The notes under the pieces are model-generated. The model was not told where the DNA came from and ran no database searches. It saw nothing but the letters and a program-made list of their open reading frames with translations. 64,000 nt of DNA from Schmidtea polychroa (lineage: Eukaryota), in contig CM097885.1 of NCBI GenBank assembly GCA_044892525.1, positions 42,100,001 through 42,164,000 of the forward strand. Reading direction: 5' to 3'. This document shows, one piece after another, positions 26,874-40,100 of this stretch (within the stretch, counting starts at the first letter, position 1; each line of letters opens with the position of its first letter). The translations under genes were made by a program, and so were the position numbers.

Positions 26874-27466
26874 TTAACATGAACAATGTTCCTCTTCAAA
26901 CTTATCTTCGGCTTTTATAATTTTCCAAATTGGTTTGATTCGGTCTCTGCTTACATTATACCCTTGAATTAATATGGTAACCATGCAGGTTATTTTGCTC
27001 ATCTTACCACCATTGGAAATCATATCCAAATCGTTTCTAATGAACATATCTTCATCATCAAATTCAATATTTTCATTGATCCTCTGAAATAATTGTCCCA
27101 ATAGCATCTTGTTGTGAAACTTGATTTTGGAAAGTCTCACATTGTAGAAACATTTTTCCAGAGTTAGTGGTTCCTAACAATAAATAATAATAATAAAATC
27201 CAAAATAATTTATAAAAACTTACCTTAAATGTATAGGAAATTGGACAATACAAATAATTTAGTTTGTATTGCATGAATTCGACTGGCTTTTTTGTATCCA
27301 CTCGAACATTGACCAAGGTTTCCGTGGATAATGTCGCTTCTTTAAATTTCCTTTTTCCGAATTCCTGAGCGGCATCTGCATTTTTTCTCTTCAAAACTCC
27401 TAGATTAAAAAAACTAATAAATGGAATATGTGTAAACGACAACAAACCTGTAATTTGATTATCCAT
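26874..27466 (-). CDS. Polinton hypothetical protein, spliced (introns 27400-27447 and 27174-27223)
   Basis: Removing gtaag..ttag at 27223-27174 joins ISYTFK to EPLTLEKCFYNVRLSKIK in frame, fusing ORFs 27164-27466 and 26874-27140. Confidence 0.65.
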
Positions 27467-27668
27467 TTGTAGTTATAATATTTAATAATTTGAACCAGAT
27501 ATTTTATACTAATTTCATTGTAAACAAGTTTCAAGTGAAAGGCATGATCAAAACGTGATCAACTAGTTCATTTTATGCTAAATAACAAAGTCTGAAATGA
27601 TTTATTGTACACAAAGAAATATTATAGGTTAATTAAGGTTATCACAAAACAAATATAATTATATTTTA

Positions 27669-28055
27669 TTACAACAATACATTTTTTCGCAATTCCACAA
27701 GTAATGCATGAATTATTTCTCGTTTCTGTAGATTTACAAAACATGTACAACTATCATCCCCACAAGTATTCTGCATATTATTTTTACAAAAATCACAATT
27801 TTCAACATCATGGGTATAACATGTAATCGTAGCATGATCCATATGAATTAAATCTATTACATTTATTCCAGTTATTTCATAAATTTTGTAAAACACAACT
27901 TTTGGAGCACAATACATTAAGGAATTGTTCAAATTCGGATAAAAATCTTCAATTTTATCAATCAAAATTTTTAGTATAGTTTCTAAACAAAAATCAGTAA
28001 ATTTAAAATAAAAACAGTTACCTTCATGTTCAATCATTGTTGAATAAATATTCAA
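27669..28055 (-). CDS. Polinton hypothetical protein (Cys-rich C-terminus)
   Basis: 128-codon ORF overlapping the TBP-like stop, containing HDVENCDFC..CGDDSCTC. Confidence 0.55.
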   Translation of the reverse strand: MNIYSTMIEHEGNCFYFKFTDFCLETILKILIDKIEDFYPNLNNSLMYCAPKVVFYKIYEITGINVIDLIHMDHATITCYTHDVENCDFCKNNMQNTCGDDSCTCFVNLQKREIIHALLVELRKNVLL

Positions 28056-28542
28056 GCAAATCCTCGTTACTTATATTTGAAGAAATTGTTAAAGATCCAA
28101 TCAAATCCTCTACATCGTTTATAATTCCTTCAACAATAGTATGAAAATTTAAATTTTTAATACCTAGTACAACTATTTTACCACTCGAAAATATATTTAC
28201 ACATAGTGGATTATATTTTGTATAACGCAGAGCGGGAAATAATTCAGGCTCATATATACAATCTCCATCTAATAACTTTGCTAAATTATTCAAATTAATA
28301 GATTGTTCAACCTTAGTAGCTATAGTAAGATTTTGAACTTGAATATCTTTGATATTATATTGCAAATTCTCGAATTCGATAGGCTTCTTACAACCCATTA
28401 TACGACATTTACCATTTTTGAAAAATATAATAGTATATTTTCCAGTTTTGTCAACATATTGTTGTGGTTTACACTTGGGGAAATTCATCATACCAACAGT
28501 TTCCAAAGACACACGACCTCTATAATTAATATTTGTCAACAT
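28030..28542 (-). CDS. TATA-box-binding protein (TBP)-like protein encoded by the Polinton
   Basis: Two-repeat TBP core: TIIFFKNGKCRIMGCK in repeat 1; IQVQNL, INLNNLA and YEPELFPALRY..NIFSSGKIVVLGIK in repeat 2 (compare TBP YEPELFPGLIY..IFVSGKVVLTGAK). Confidence 0.88.
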   Translation of the reverse strand: MLTNINYRGRVSLETVGMMNFPKCKPQQYVDKTGKYTIIFFKNGKCRIMGCKKPIEFENLQYNIKDIQVQNLTIATKVEQSINLNNLAKLLDGDCIYEPELFPALRYTKYNPLCVNIFSSGKIVVLGIKNLNFHTIVEGIINDVEDLIGSLTISSNISNEDLLEYLFNND

Positions 28543-28659
28543 TTCTACTGAATATTTATAAAAATCAAGTATATATATATATATATTATATTATAGAGTA
28601 ATTAAATCAATTTATTCTTTACGATATAAACAAAATTAATTTTTAAATAAATATTAAAA

Positions 28660-29286
28660 ATGGAACTAAGAAATGACGCTGTATATCAAATAGTCGGACC
28701 AAGTGGTAGCGGCAAAACTTTGTTTGTTTGCAAATTACTAAAATCACATTTATTTAAATCAAAATTTAACAAAATTTATTGGCATCGAGGTTCTGATCAA
28801 GAACACGGATTGACTCAATCAAGTTTCTGTAAATTGAAAAATATGAAAATAGTAGAGGGATTTGATAAAAATTGGTCCAGTAGACTAAAGAAGGGGGATG
28901 TCATAATTATTGATGACTTGTATCAAGAAGCTAATAAAGAAAAGAATTTCAATAATTTATTTACCAAAATCAGTAGACACGTTGGTGTAACTGTTATTTT
29001 TATAACTCAAAATCTATTTCATCAAGGTGGTGCACATCGAACACGTAATTTAAATGTACAATATTTAGTTATTTTCAAGAATCCTAGAGATGTAACAGTG
29101 ATTGATTTTCTTGCACGTCAAGCATACCCTAACAATCGTAATTTTCTTATCAGTGCATTTCAAGATGCTACAAAAATACCTCATGGATATATATTTCTTG
29201 ATTTCACACAACAATGTCCCGATGATTTACGAGTAAAAACAGATATTTTCAACCCAAAAGGTGCCATGGTTTATAAACAAAGTTGA
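28660..29286 (+). CDS. DNA packaging ATPase (A32/FtsK-like)
   Basis: Walker A GPSGSGKT, Walker B IIIDD, then SRH..FITQNLF, FKNPRD and GYIFLD, all typical of Polinton ATPases. Confidence 0.93.
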   Translation: MELRNDAVYQIVGPSGSGKTLFVCKLLKSHLFKSKFNKIYWHRGSDQEHGLTQSSFCKLKNMKIVEGFDKNWSSRLKKGDVIIIDDLYQEANKEKNFNNLFTKISRHVGVTVIFITQNLFHQGGAHRTRNLNVQYLVIFKNPRDVTVIDFLARQAYPNNRNFLISAFQDATKIPHGYIFLDFTQQCPDDLRVKTDIFNPKGAMVYKQS

Positions 29287-29304
29287 AAACCTCTATGAAT
29301 AATA

Positions 29305-29830
29305 ATGTTTCTAAAAGCAAGGGTGAAAAATATTAGGAAATTAAGAAAAAGTATTAAAAAGAGTATTAAAGTTCCAAAAGTTCCACCAACAACTAGTTAT
29401 ACACCATCTAAAAAACTTGTAACTGAAAATTTCTCTGCAATGAATCTTATTTCGAAAAATCCTAAACCTAAACGTGAAACCCGTAAAACCCGTAAAGCCG
29501 GTAAAAAAGTAATTAAAAATCATCGCAGTTTTCCATTTTTTAATGCCTTGTTAAAGGCCCCGAGTATGAAAAGAATGAATATATTGCAATCATTCCCAAA
29601 TTTTGTTGTCGATGATTTACTCAATATTATACTTAAAAGGCAAAATTAAAATCAGTAAATCAAAAAAGCATTTATTGAGCAAACATAGGAAACCTTTGTT
29701 ATCATTAGTAAATAATAAAAATCGTAAGCAAATGAGGAAAATTATATATAAACAACAAGGTGGATTTATTGGTGCATTGATACCTCTGGCATTATCATTA
29801 TTAGGTGGAGTTGTAGGAAATCAATCATAA
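29305..29830 (+). CDS. Basic virion core-like protein with C-terminal QQGGF + hydrophobic helix; +1 frameshift in an A-run near 29636
   Basis: Removing one A from CTTAAAAGGC joins LLNIIL to KGKIKISK. The protein ends KQQGGFIGALIPLALSLLGGVVG. Confidence 0.65.
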
Positions 29831-29833
29831 ACA

Positions 29834-30061
29834 ATGGGTGCTAATCCTTCATTACCTAATTTCAATTTTAATTTTAAATCTTCTTGCTGTAATGGAGAAG
29901 ATTTGGACGAACCCAGAAGACGAAGCCGGTTTCGGTGGAGTGTCAAAATTAAAGAAAAGAGTTCCGAATTCGGAAAAAGAAACTCAGAAGTGGTTATCAG
30001 ATCAGCTTGCGTACAGTTTGAACAAACCAATGCGGAAAAGATTTCCAACAAGAGCCTATAA
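29834..30061 (+). CDS. Putative overprinted small myristoylated protein overlapping the integrase 5' end
   Basis: ATG lies 3 nt after the upstream stop. MGANPS fits MGxxxS, followed by a CC pair and the basic RRRSRFR. Confidence 0.4.
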   Translation: MGANPSLPNFNFNFKSSCCNGEDLDEPRRRSRFRWSVKIKEKSSEFGKRNSEVVIRSACVQFEQTNAEKISNKSL

Positions 30062-30279
30062 AACATTTGGTATTGACGATTTATGGCAAATGGATTTGAT
30101 GGAGATGATACCCTATTCGAAAATTAACAATGGGAATAAATATATTTTAACATGTATTAATGTATACAGCAGGTTTGCACGAGCAATACCAGTCAAGGCA
30201 AAATCTGCAGATGAAATGTCCAAGGCAATTAATATTTTATTTAAAGATGGACATCCTAATAACTTGCAAACAGATTTGG

Positions 30280-30359
<80 letters not shown>

Positions 30360-30989
30360 TTAGGTAAAGAATTCTACAATAGCAAAGTTAAGCAAATCCT
30401 CGATAAACTGAAAATAAATCACTACTCGGTACATTCTCAATACAAAGCTGCCCATGTTGAAAGATTTAATCGAACATTGAGAGATAGATTAAAGAAATTG
30501 TTCGTGCATCAAGGTAATAAAAAATGGGTAAATGCTTTACCGAAAATAATAACAAGTTATAATCATTCATCACATCGAGGACTGAATGGATTAAGACCGG
30601 TTGATATTACATCAAAAACATTCTATTCTAAGAAATCTGTAAAAATTGCAAAACCTAAATATAAAGTCGGTGATCATGTTAGAATTAGTAAAAAAAGTGC
30701 ATCACCATTTATTAAAAATTTTGATACAAATTGGAGTGATGAAGTCTTTGTAATTTCAAAAATAAATACTAAACAGAATCCTGTAATGTATGTCATCAAA
30801 GACAGTGATAATAATATTGTACAAGGGAAATTTTATGAGCAGGAATTACAAGTCATTCCTCCTCCAAAGGTATTTAGAATTCAAAAAATATTGAAAACTA
30901 AAAAGGTCGGCAAGGATAAACAATACTATGTCAAATGGCATGGTTATCAAAACCCGTCATGGATATCAGCAAAGGACCTAGTAAAGTGA
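29892..30989 (+). CDS. Retroviral-type (rve) integrase with C-terminal chromodomain; intron 30280-30363
   Basis: WQMDL, QTDLG|KEF after splicing, and VERFNRTL give the DDE triad. YYVKWHGY..SWI is chromodomain-like. Confidence 0.93.
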
Positions 30990-32001
30990 ATTTTTATACT
31001 ATTTTACCGAGCAATAGTTGCCCATTAATTCATCCAGACAATCAAGCCAGTAAATTTTGGTCAATCTCCAGAATCCGATTTCTTTAAATGGTGACTGGGA
31101 AGTTGCACTGCAAGATTTTACATTCGTGTACAACACATTCCCATTTTATAGTCAATGTAAGATTGATTTCAAAAGGAATATTGTGAAAACATGTAGCGGT
31201 ATCTTTATTATCAGTAATTATGATAAAACATATCATATTCCGAACCAAATATTAGATTCGCATTGCTATATATTTTACAAGGATGGATTAAATATCAGTT
31301 GTGATTTTAAACCATTTACAATAACATTCGAAACTATTGAAGATACCAAACGAATGGGTTGCAATAAGTTGAAAAATATTGTTACGGAGACCGAGTATTT
31401 ATTACGTTTTAATCCATTTGAAGAAAACAGTATAGTGAAAGAAGAAATCAAAATATCTGTGTCGTATAATGATGAAGTTGAAGAATCATTCACCTTTGCT
31501 GATGAATTATATTTTGATAAACTTGATGTATTACTTAAATATTTAAAGTTCAATTGTTCACACATATTTAAAAATTTGGAAATTGTGAAAGATTTGATGT
31601 TTACCTTCAGTTTGAATGAGGATATTTGCGAAGTTACATTTGATAAAAATTTGGCAAATTCACTTGGATTAGATAAGCAAAAATATAGAGAAAAATCGAC
31701 TGGTATACGCAAACCAAGAATACTAGAACATCATCAACAAATGTTCATATATACTAACATTATCGAACCCATAATTGTTGGTGATAACAGTGTTCCTCTT
31801 TTGAAATCGGTATGGATTGGAAAATATGAACATGATGAAGTTGTCAATATAAATATCGATAATCCCATGTATTTACCAATAGCAAGTTCATGTATAAACA
31901 ATATAGAAATAAATATTCGTGATGATAGTGGAAAACTTATAAACTTTCCAAAAGGTTCAAAAACTCATTTGACATTACATTTTCGTAAAGTAGATGGCTA
32001 A
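30986..32001 (+). CDS. Minor capsid (penton-like) protein; GTG start overlapping the integrase stop, frameshift in a T-run near 31056
   Basis: Upstream frame NFYTILPSNSCPLIHPDNQASKF joins VNLQNPISLNGDWEVAL. C-terminal IYTNIIEP.IVGD..VPLL and LTLHFRK motifs are typical of Polinton minor capsid. Confidence 0.82.
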
Positions 32002-32362
32002 TTCTGATATTATTAGTATGTATAGTGATAGCCAATCTGGCGGTGAATTACCATATTTTATTGGTAAACAGTACGGATCGGGATGGTTGAGAACAATTGG
32101 TAGATTTGCATTGCCTATTCTTAAACGTATTGGTAGTTTCGGTATGAAAACTGCAAAAGATGTTATTATGAATGAACAGAAAATATTACCATCTCTAAAA
32201 TCAAATGCTTTAGCTGAATTAGGGAAAGTTTTACCCGGGGTTGCAGGTATGTTTCAAAAAGAAAAACCTCCAGCTCCAGCTCCAGCTCCAAAACGTAAAA
32301 GACATGGAATATCACGTATAAACAAACGAATGAAAGGACATGGAACTATATTTGCAAAATGA
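31994..32362 (+). CDS. Small conserved Polinton virion protein (QxGG/QxGxG motifs, amphipathic helix, basic tail)
   Basis: SQSGGELPYFIGKQYGSGWLRTIGRFALPILKRIG..KRMKGHG; lies between the minor and major capsid genes. Confidence 0.75.
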   Translation: MANSDIISMYSDSQSGGELPYFIGKQYGSGWLRTIGRFALPILKRIGSFGMKTAKDVIMNEQKILPSLKSNALAELGKVLPGVAGMFQKEKPPAPAPAPKRKRHGISRINKRMKGHGTIFAK

Positions 32363-33581
32363 TTTGTGGTAAATCTGAATTATGCATATTTGATAGACCA
32401 TCGCCCCAGGCTGTAATAGAATTTGGGGCATTTGAGGAAGTTTTTCCTATGAATTCAATTACCGATAGTAGAAATGATGTAGAATTTTACATCAATGGTT
32501 CTCAAACAGAATATTTAGATTTGAATGATACTTTATTGACTTTTCAAATCAAGGTTATAGATAAAGATAAAAAGCTTTGGGTGATGCTGATGGTACAATA
32601 CCTAATAATTTTTTGTTTCATACACTTTTTAAAGATGCTATTCTTGGATTTAATAATATCAAGATTGAAGGTGGCAACAATACATATATCCACAAGGCGA
32701 TAATAGAAACTATTTTAAATTATAATACCGACACCAAAAATACATGTCTTACTCCTATGGGTTATGCAGCAAGTGATGACGAACGGAAAAAATGGATTAA
32801 AGGCTCAAAGATTTTCACCATGTGTTCATCATTACAACTCGATTTTATGGATCAACCAAAATATTTACTTCCAGGAGTCAATGTACACATTAGACTGAAA
32901 AGAACCGATTCTTCTTTATCATTAACTAGTGGTGCTGGTCAACCAATATGTCAATTAGTTGATGCAAAATTACTAGTAAGAAGAGTTCGAGTTGATCCGT
33001 CGGTATTAGCAGGTCATCAGTTGGGTCTTAATTCTAAGCATGCAATCTATCCTCTGAAAACAAAAGAAATTGTTTCATTTGCAATAGCCAAGGGTGCTTC
33101 TTCCTTCTATAAGGAACAAATATTTGGAGATAGAAGAATGCCAAACTTTATTCTGGTAACATTTCAAGGTGAAGCACAATATAATGGTTCATATAGTGCC
33201 TCCAGCTCAATTTTCAAAACCTTTGGTGTTACATCTCTAACTTTGTCGAAAAATACTGATTATCGAGAAACATATACTCAAGATTTCGATAGTGACAATT
33301 ACTGTGCTACATATATGCAGAGTATTGTTAGAAATATGGGATATTTAGATAAAAATTTGAATTGCGGCATAACTCTTGAAGAATTCAAATCCAAATATCC
33401 ATTCTTTACATTTGTTTTGGCCCCAGATTTTGATTTGAATCAGAGTCAATTACCTCAAAATGGAAATTTACGATTAGATATAAAGTTTGCAAAAGCTATT
33501 ACAGAACCTGTGCATGTTATAATATATGGAGTATTTGAAAATGAAGTTCAAATTACTGCAAATAGAACCGTTCTGGTATAA
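32359..33581 (+). CDS. Major capsid protein (double jelly-roll, PY/hexon-like); frameshift in an A-run near 32570
   Basis: KSELCIF and EYLDLNDTLL in ORF 32359, continued in ORF 32577 by NFLFHTLF, QPKYLLPGVNVHIRLKR and GNLRLDIKFAKA. ATGA overlap with the upstream stop. Confidence 0.88.
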
Positions 33582-33985
33582 ATGTATACAGAAATACAGA
33601 AAGTTGTCATGGAGTAAGTTGTTTTTTATACTGTTTAATTTATTAAAATAGTTCTGTTCAGGTTAATCGAATTGGAAAACAAATATTAGGAAATGAATTT
33701 TTAGGAGTTTTTCCTCTCGATAAAATACCATTTTTGAAAAATAATCAAGCCATAATCGTCAATACCCATTCATCTCATCTCGGCGGAGAGCATTGGATTG
33801 CAATCTATATGAAACCAGATAAGATACATGTATTCGATCCTATGGGTTTCTATTATCCTGCTTTATTGGTTTCGAAACTACAAACGATGGGCAAACCTAT
33901 TGTATATAATAAAACAATGTATCAACACCCTTTAACTCGTACGTGCGGACAACATTGTTTAGGATGGCTTATGTCTATTAAATAA
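33582..33985 (+). CDS. Adenain-like cysteine protease, probably spliced (candidate intron 33614-33651)
   Basis: FLGVFPLD, IVNT..GEHW, FDPMG and YQ..TCGQHC carry the catalytic His/Asp/Gln/Cys. ATG GA|gtaagt..atag|T TCT GTT CAG restores the N-terminus. Confidence 0.85.
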
Positions 33986-33988
33986 TAA

Positions 33989-34056
<68 letters not shown>

Positions 34057-34323
34057 CATGTTTTATTATTTTTAAATATGTTTTATATTATTAGAATATT
34101 AAAAAATTCAGTCATGCACGGTGCATGATCCGTACATGATTAATAGTAATTGTAATGGTAATAATAATAATAAATTTAATTGTACTTTATTCTAAGACTG
34201 ACCGGATTCGCAAGTAATTAGAATAAATATTTGTTTAAAATGTCAATTTTACAGGTTTATATAAACTTATTATTTATATAAGTTCGTAAATTTGTCTCTG
34301 AAAAATCAAAATCCAAAAATTCG

Positions 34324-34730
34324 ATGAACAATTCCAGTAATATTTTACGTGCTCTCTTAACGAACAGCAATGGTAATTTATTATTATTATTATTAATATT
34401 TCTAATTATTTATTTTCAGATAATTTAGATTGGTATGATGTGTCTGAAAATGAAGAACTGTTGGATTTGGAACATATTTTCGGTGAATTTTTTAAATTTG
34501 AGTTATTAATATTATTATTGTCTTAGAACCAATAACAATTGAAGATGATGACGATGCTTCAATTATTATTATTGAGGACGATGTTTTAGGTAAATTTATT
34601 TATTTATTAAATTATTTAATAAATTATTATTGATACAGAAAATGATGCCACCGTTTCTATTGAGGAGGAAAGAGAAATTAATGCCCCCGTTTCTATTGGG
34701 GAGGAAACAGATTTGGAGGAGACTTGTTAG
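34324..34730 (+). CDS. Four-exon acidic protein (88 aa) with several SIM-like motifs; missed by the ORF track
   Basis: Exons 34324-34372, 34420-34482, 34527-34589 and 34639-34730 are separated by three phase-1 GT-AG introns (47, 44, 49 nt). They give MNNSSNILRALLTNSNDNLDWYDVSENEELLDLEHIFEPITIEDDDDASIIIIEDDVLENDATVSIEEEREINAPVSIGEETDLEETC*. Confidence 0.65.
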
Positions 34731-34897
34731 TATTAATTTATTTTTAAGTATATTTTTTATAAAGTTTATTTTTAAGTCTATTTTATAAGCTTTAAATGTA
34801 TATAAATAAATATTAATACTATAATGTCAGTATATGATGTATATAAGTATGTATATAAAATATACAGTATATACATACTTATGCTAATTTTTTTTTC

Positions 34898-37020
<2,123 letters not shown>

Positions 37021-37152
37021 AATGCCCCATATAAATATCAATAAATACATGATAATAATATTGAATAAAAACATTGCAATAACTCTACAATAAAATTACA
37101 TTATGAATACACTTTTTATGATTAATATTTTTTCAATAATTTATAAATATAT

Positions 37153-40100
37153 TTGATATATATTTATAATTTATCAGGTCCATTATACCCACGATACTGT
37201 GTATCGTCAATCCGACATAGTTTGATATGCCACAAAAATATGAAGAAATATTATCGCCAACCTTTTAATGGCATCAACTTTTTTATTTGCCCCATATGCA
37301 AAACTTCCCAGAGTGTAAGGTATAAGGAATTTTATAGTCAACATTCTCAGCACTTAAATTCTTTCAAAACAAATAAACAAGAACTGTTTAAAATAATAAA
37401 TAAGAATAACATTGAAATTGTAAATATTTTAAATAATAACACAAAAAAGAAATCTAATAAAAGACCTGCTGAACATAGGGTGTCTAAAATTAAAAATAAA
37501 ATTATAAAAACTGAAGTCATTGAGATCAGTGACGACGAAATTATTAAAAATGAAGTCATTCTACTCAGTGATGACGAATGTAATAATATTATATATACTA
37601 TAAATCATGATATTATAAATGATAATATTAATACTATAAATCAAATAGGTGGATCATCTTTAGCGATTGAGCCGATAATAGAATCAAATTTAAATGGCGC
37701 CATTCGAACTATTCGATTTGATATTGCCGATTCACAATTAATTAAAATTATAATAACGGATAGGATCACTGAAAAGTTAACATCTGAAATAAATAACATG
37801 GGTAGCGTCAAAATTCAATTCGCTATTCTTATAAGATTTGAAAAAGATGGGGAAATCCGTGACAACTACTTTTCAAATAAAGCCGAGATCTTTTCGGATA
37901 ACTTTTTAATTGAGGGGGTTAATAAGTTAAACGAAAAAATTGAAAAGTTTACCTATTTAGGTAGTGGCTGGAGAGTAATTAATATCTTAGAGATTGATTT
38001 CATTCTGACTAAATTTGCTCCTATTTGTCGCCTATCTGGTCATAGTTACATTCGTACACCTGCAGATTTGAAATCTAAAGGAGCAATTATAAATGTTAAA
38101 AATAAGGATCATAAGTGTTTTCTATATAGTATTCTCGCGCTCTTGAAAAAAGATGAAATAGGTAGCCACCCTGAAAGAGTTTCAAAATATGAAAATCTTT
38201 TAAATATTCTTAATTACAATGAAGTCACGGATTGTCCGATGAAATTGTGTAATATACCTAAATTCGAAAAGAAAAATTTAGACTTAAATCTCGCCATAAA
38301 TGTTCTGGCTTATACCCCTACTGTGATAGTTGATGATGATCAGGTTCCTAATGACTATGTTTTTAAACACCCCCACTTAAGTATGATTCACAGATCAACG
38401 GTTACTGGCGGTACTCCAATTTATTTATTACTCTTGGAAAATAAGGATAATTATCATTACACCGCAGTGACCAACATTACACGTTTAATGAACTGCCATC
38501 GTAATAATGACTGTAGTATTCAAATAAGATGCAAATGTTGCCCACATTGTCTTAACGGTTTTCGAATGGACAATGCTTTCACTAAACATGTGGCCCTATG
38601 CAGTAAAAATCAAACGGGTACAACCCTTTACACTTTACCCGAAAATAAATATTTAGTGTTTCAAAATCATTCAAAGAGAATCACCCCACCCTTTGTTATT
38701 TATGCCGATTTTGAATCGGTTTTACCTAAAGATGTTAAACATCATCAAATACATTTACCTATTTCAGCAGGTCTTTTATTAATAAATAATCTTAACAATA
38801 GAAAATCGTATTACGAGTTTTATGGTCTTGATTGTATACCTCAATTTCTTAAAAAAGTAGAGCAAATTGCTGTCACAATTGTCCTACCTTATTATGAGCT
38901 TGAAGGGAAAAAACGGTTAGGACCTATGACTTTTGCTGAGGAACGACAATTCAAATCTTGTAGGAACTGCTATCTTTGCAAGAAGGTTTTATCCCTTGCT
39001 GTTCGAGATCATGACCATTTTACTGGTAATTATCTCGGTGCAGCCTGTAGGAAATGTAATATGGCTCGCAGAATTTATAAACAGCTGCCGATTGTATTTC
39101 ATAATTTACGAGGCTACGACTTACACCATATTTTAAAATATGGTCTCAATGGCTTTCCTTCTTGGAATTTGAATATAATACCCACAAGCACAGAGAAATT
39201 TATCTCGATGATTGTTCACATTAAAAAATTAGCTGTTCGTTTTATCGACAGCATACAATTTGTTAATTGTTCTTTGGCTAAGGCTGTAGAAACTCTAACT
39301 GATCTTCCTTTGACTTCGTCGGTTTTTGATAGGCTAATAATAGATGCTAAAGCCATATTTCCTTATGATTATGCGACTGATTTGGATGTACTTGAAACCA
39401 CTTATGAATTGCCTCCTATTTGGTCTGGTGTTACTGAAGATGAGTATGCTAAGGCTCAACTTATTTGGACTCAACAACGTTGTACTAAATTGGCTGACTA
39501 TATGTTAACTTATCAAAAATTGGATGTATTCCTCCTTGCGGACTATTTCCAACAATTCCGTGCCAAGGCCATTGCATACAATGGTCTAGAACCTCTAAAC
39601 TTTTATGGTATTCCGGGTATGTCATGGGCCTCAGCGCTTATGACATTAACTGAGCCTATAGAACTTTTACAGGACATGGAAATGTTCAATTTTTACGAAG
39701 GAGGAATACGTGGTGGGTTAACATTTGTTAACAAACATTACGTTGCTGCTTCTGATAATACAGAATTATTATATATTGATATAAATAATCTGTATGGTTG
39801 GGCTCTTAGCCAAAATCTTTCTTTTGCTGATTTCACTTGGGTGTATGATGGATTGAATGATGTATTGCTTGAGTGCATGAATGCTGACATTGAAATCCTT
39901 CCCTATGGTTATACCATAGAAGTGGATATAGATATTCCAGAAATTTTTCATGATTTTTTAAATGACTTTCCTCTTGCTCCTGAGAAAATGTGCCCGCCTG
40001 GTTCGAAAGTTGAGAAGTTGATGCTCACGCATTGGCCAAAGAAGAACCATGTTCTTCATTGGAGGCTTCTCAAGCTTTATTTGTCTCTTGGTGCCAAAGT

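Noticed and set aside
31275..31712. Antisense ORFs over real genes (also 54475-54975, 58654-58968, 44160-44549, 39769-40379)
   Set aside because: They are shadow frames of the capsid, transposase, gag, pol and polB genes with no recognisable motifs.
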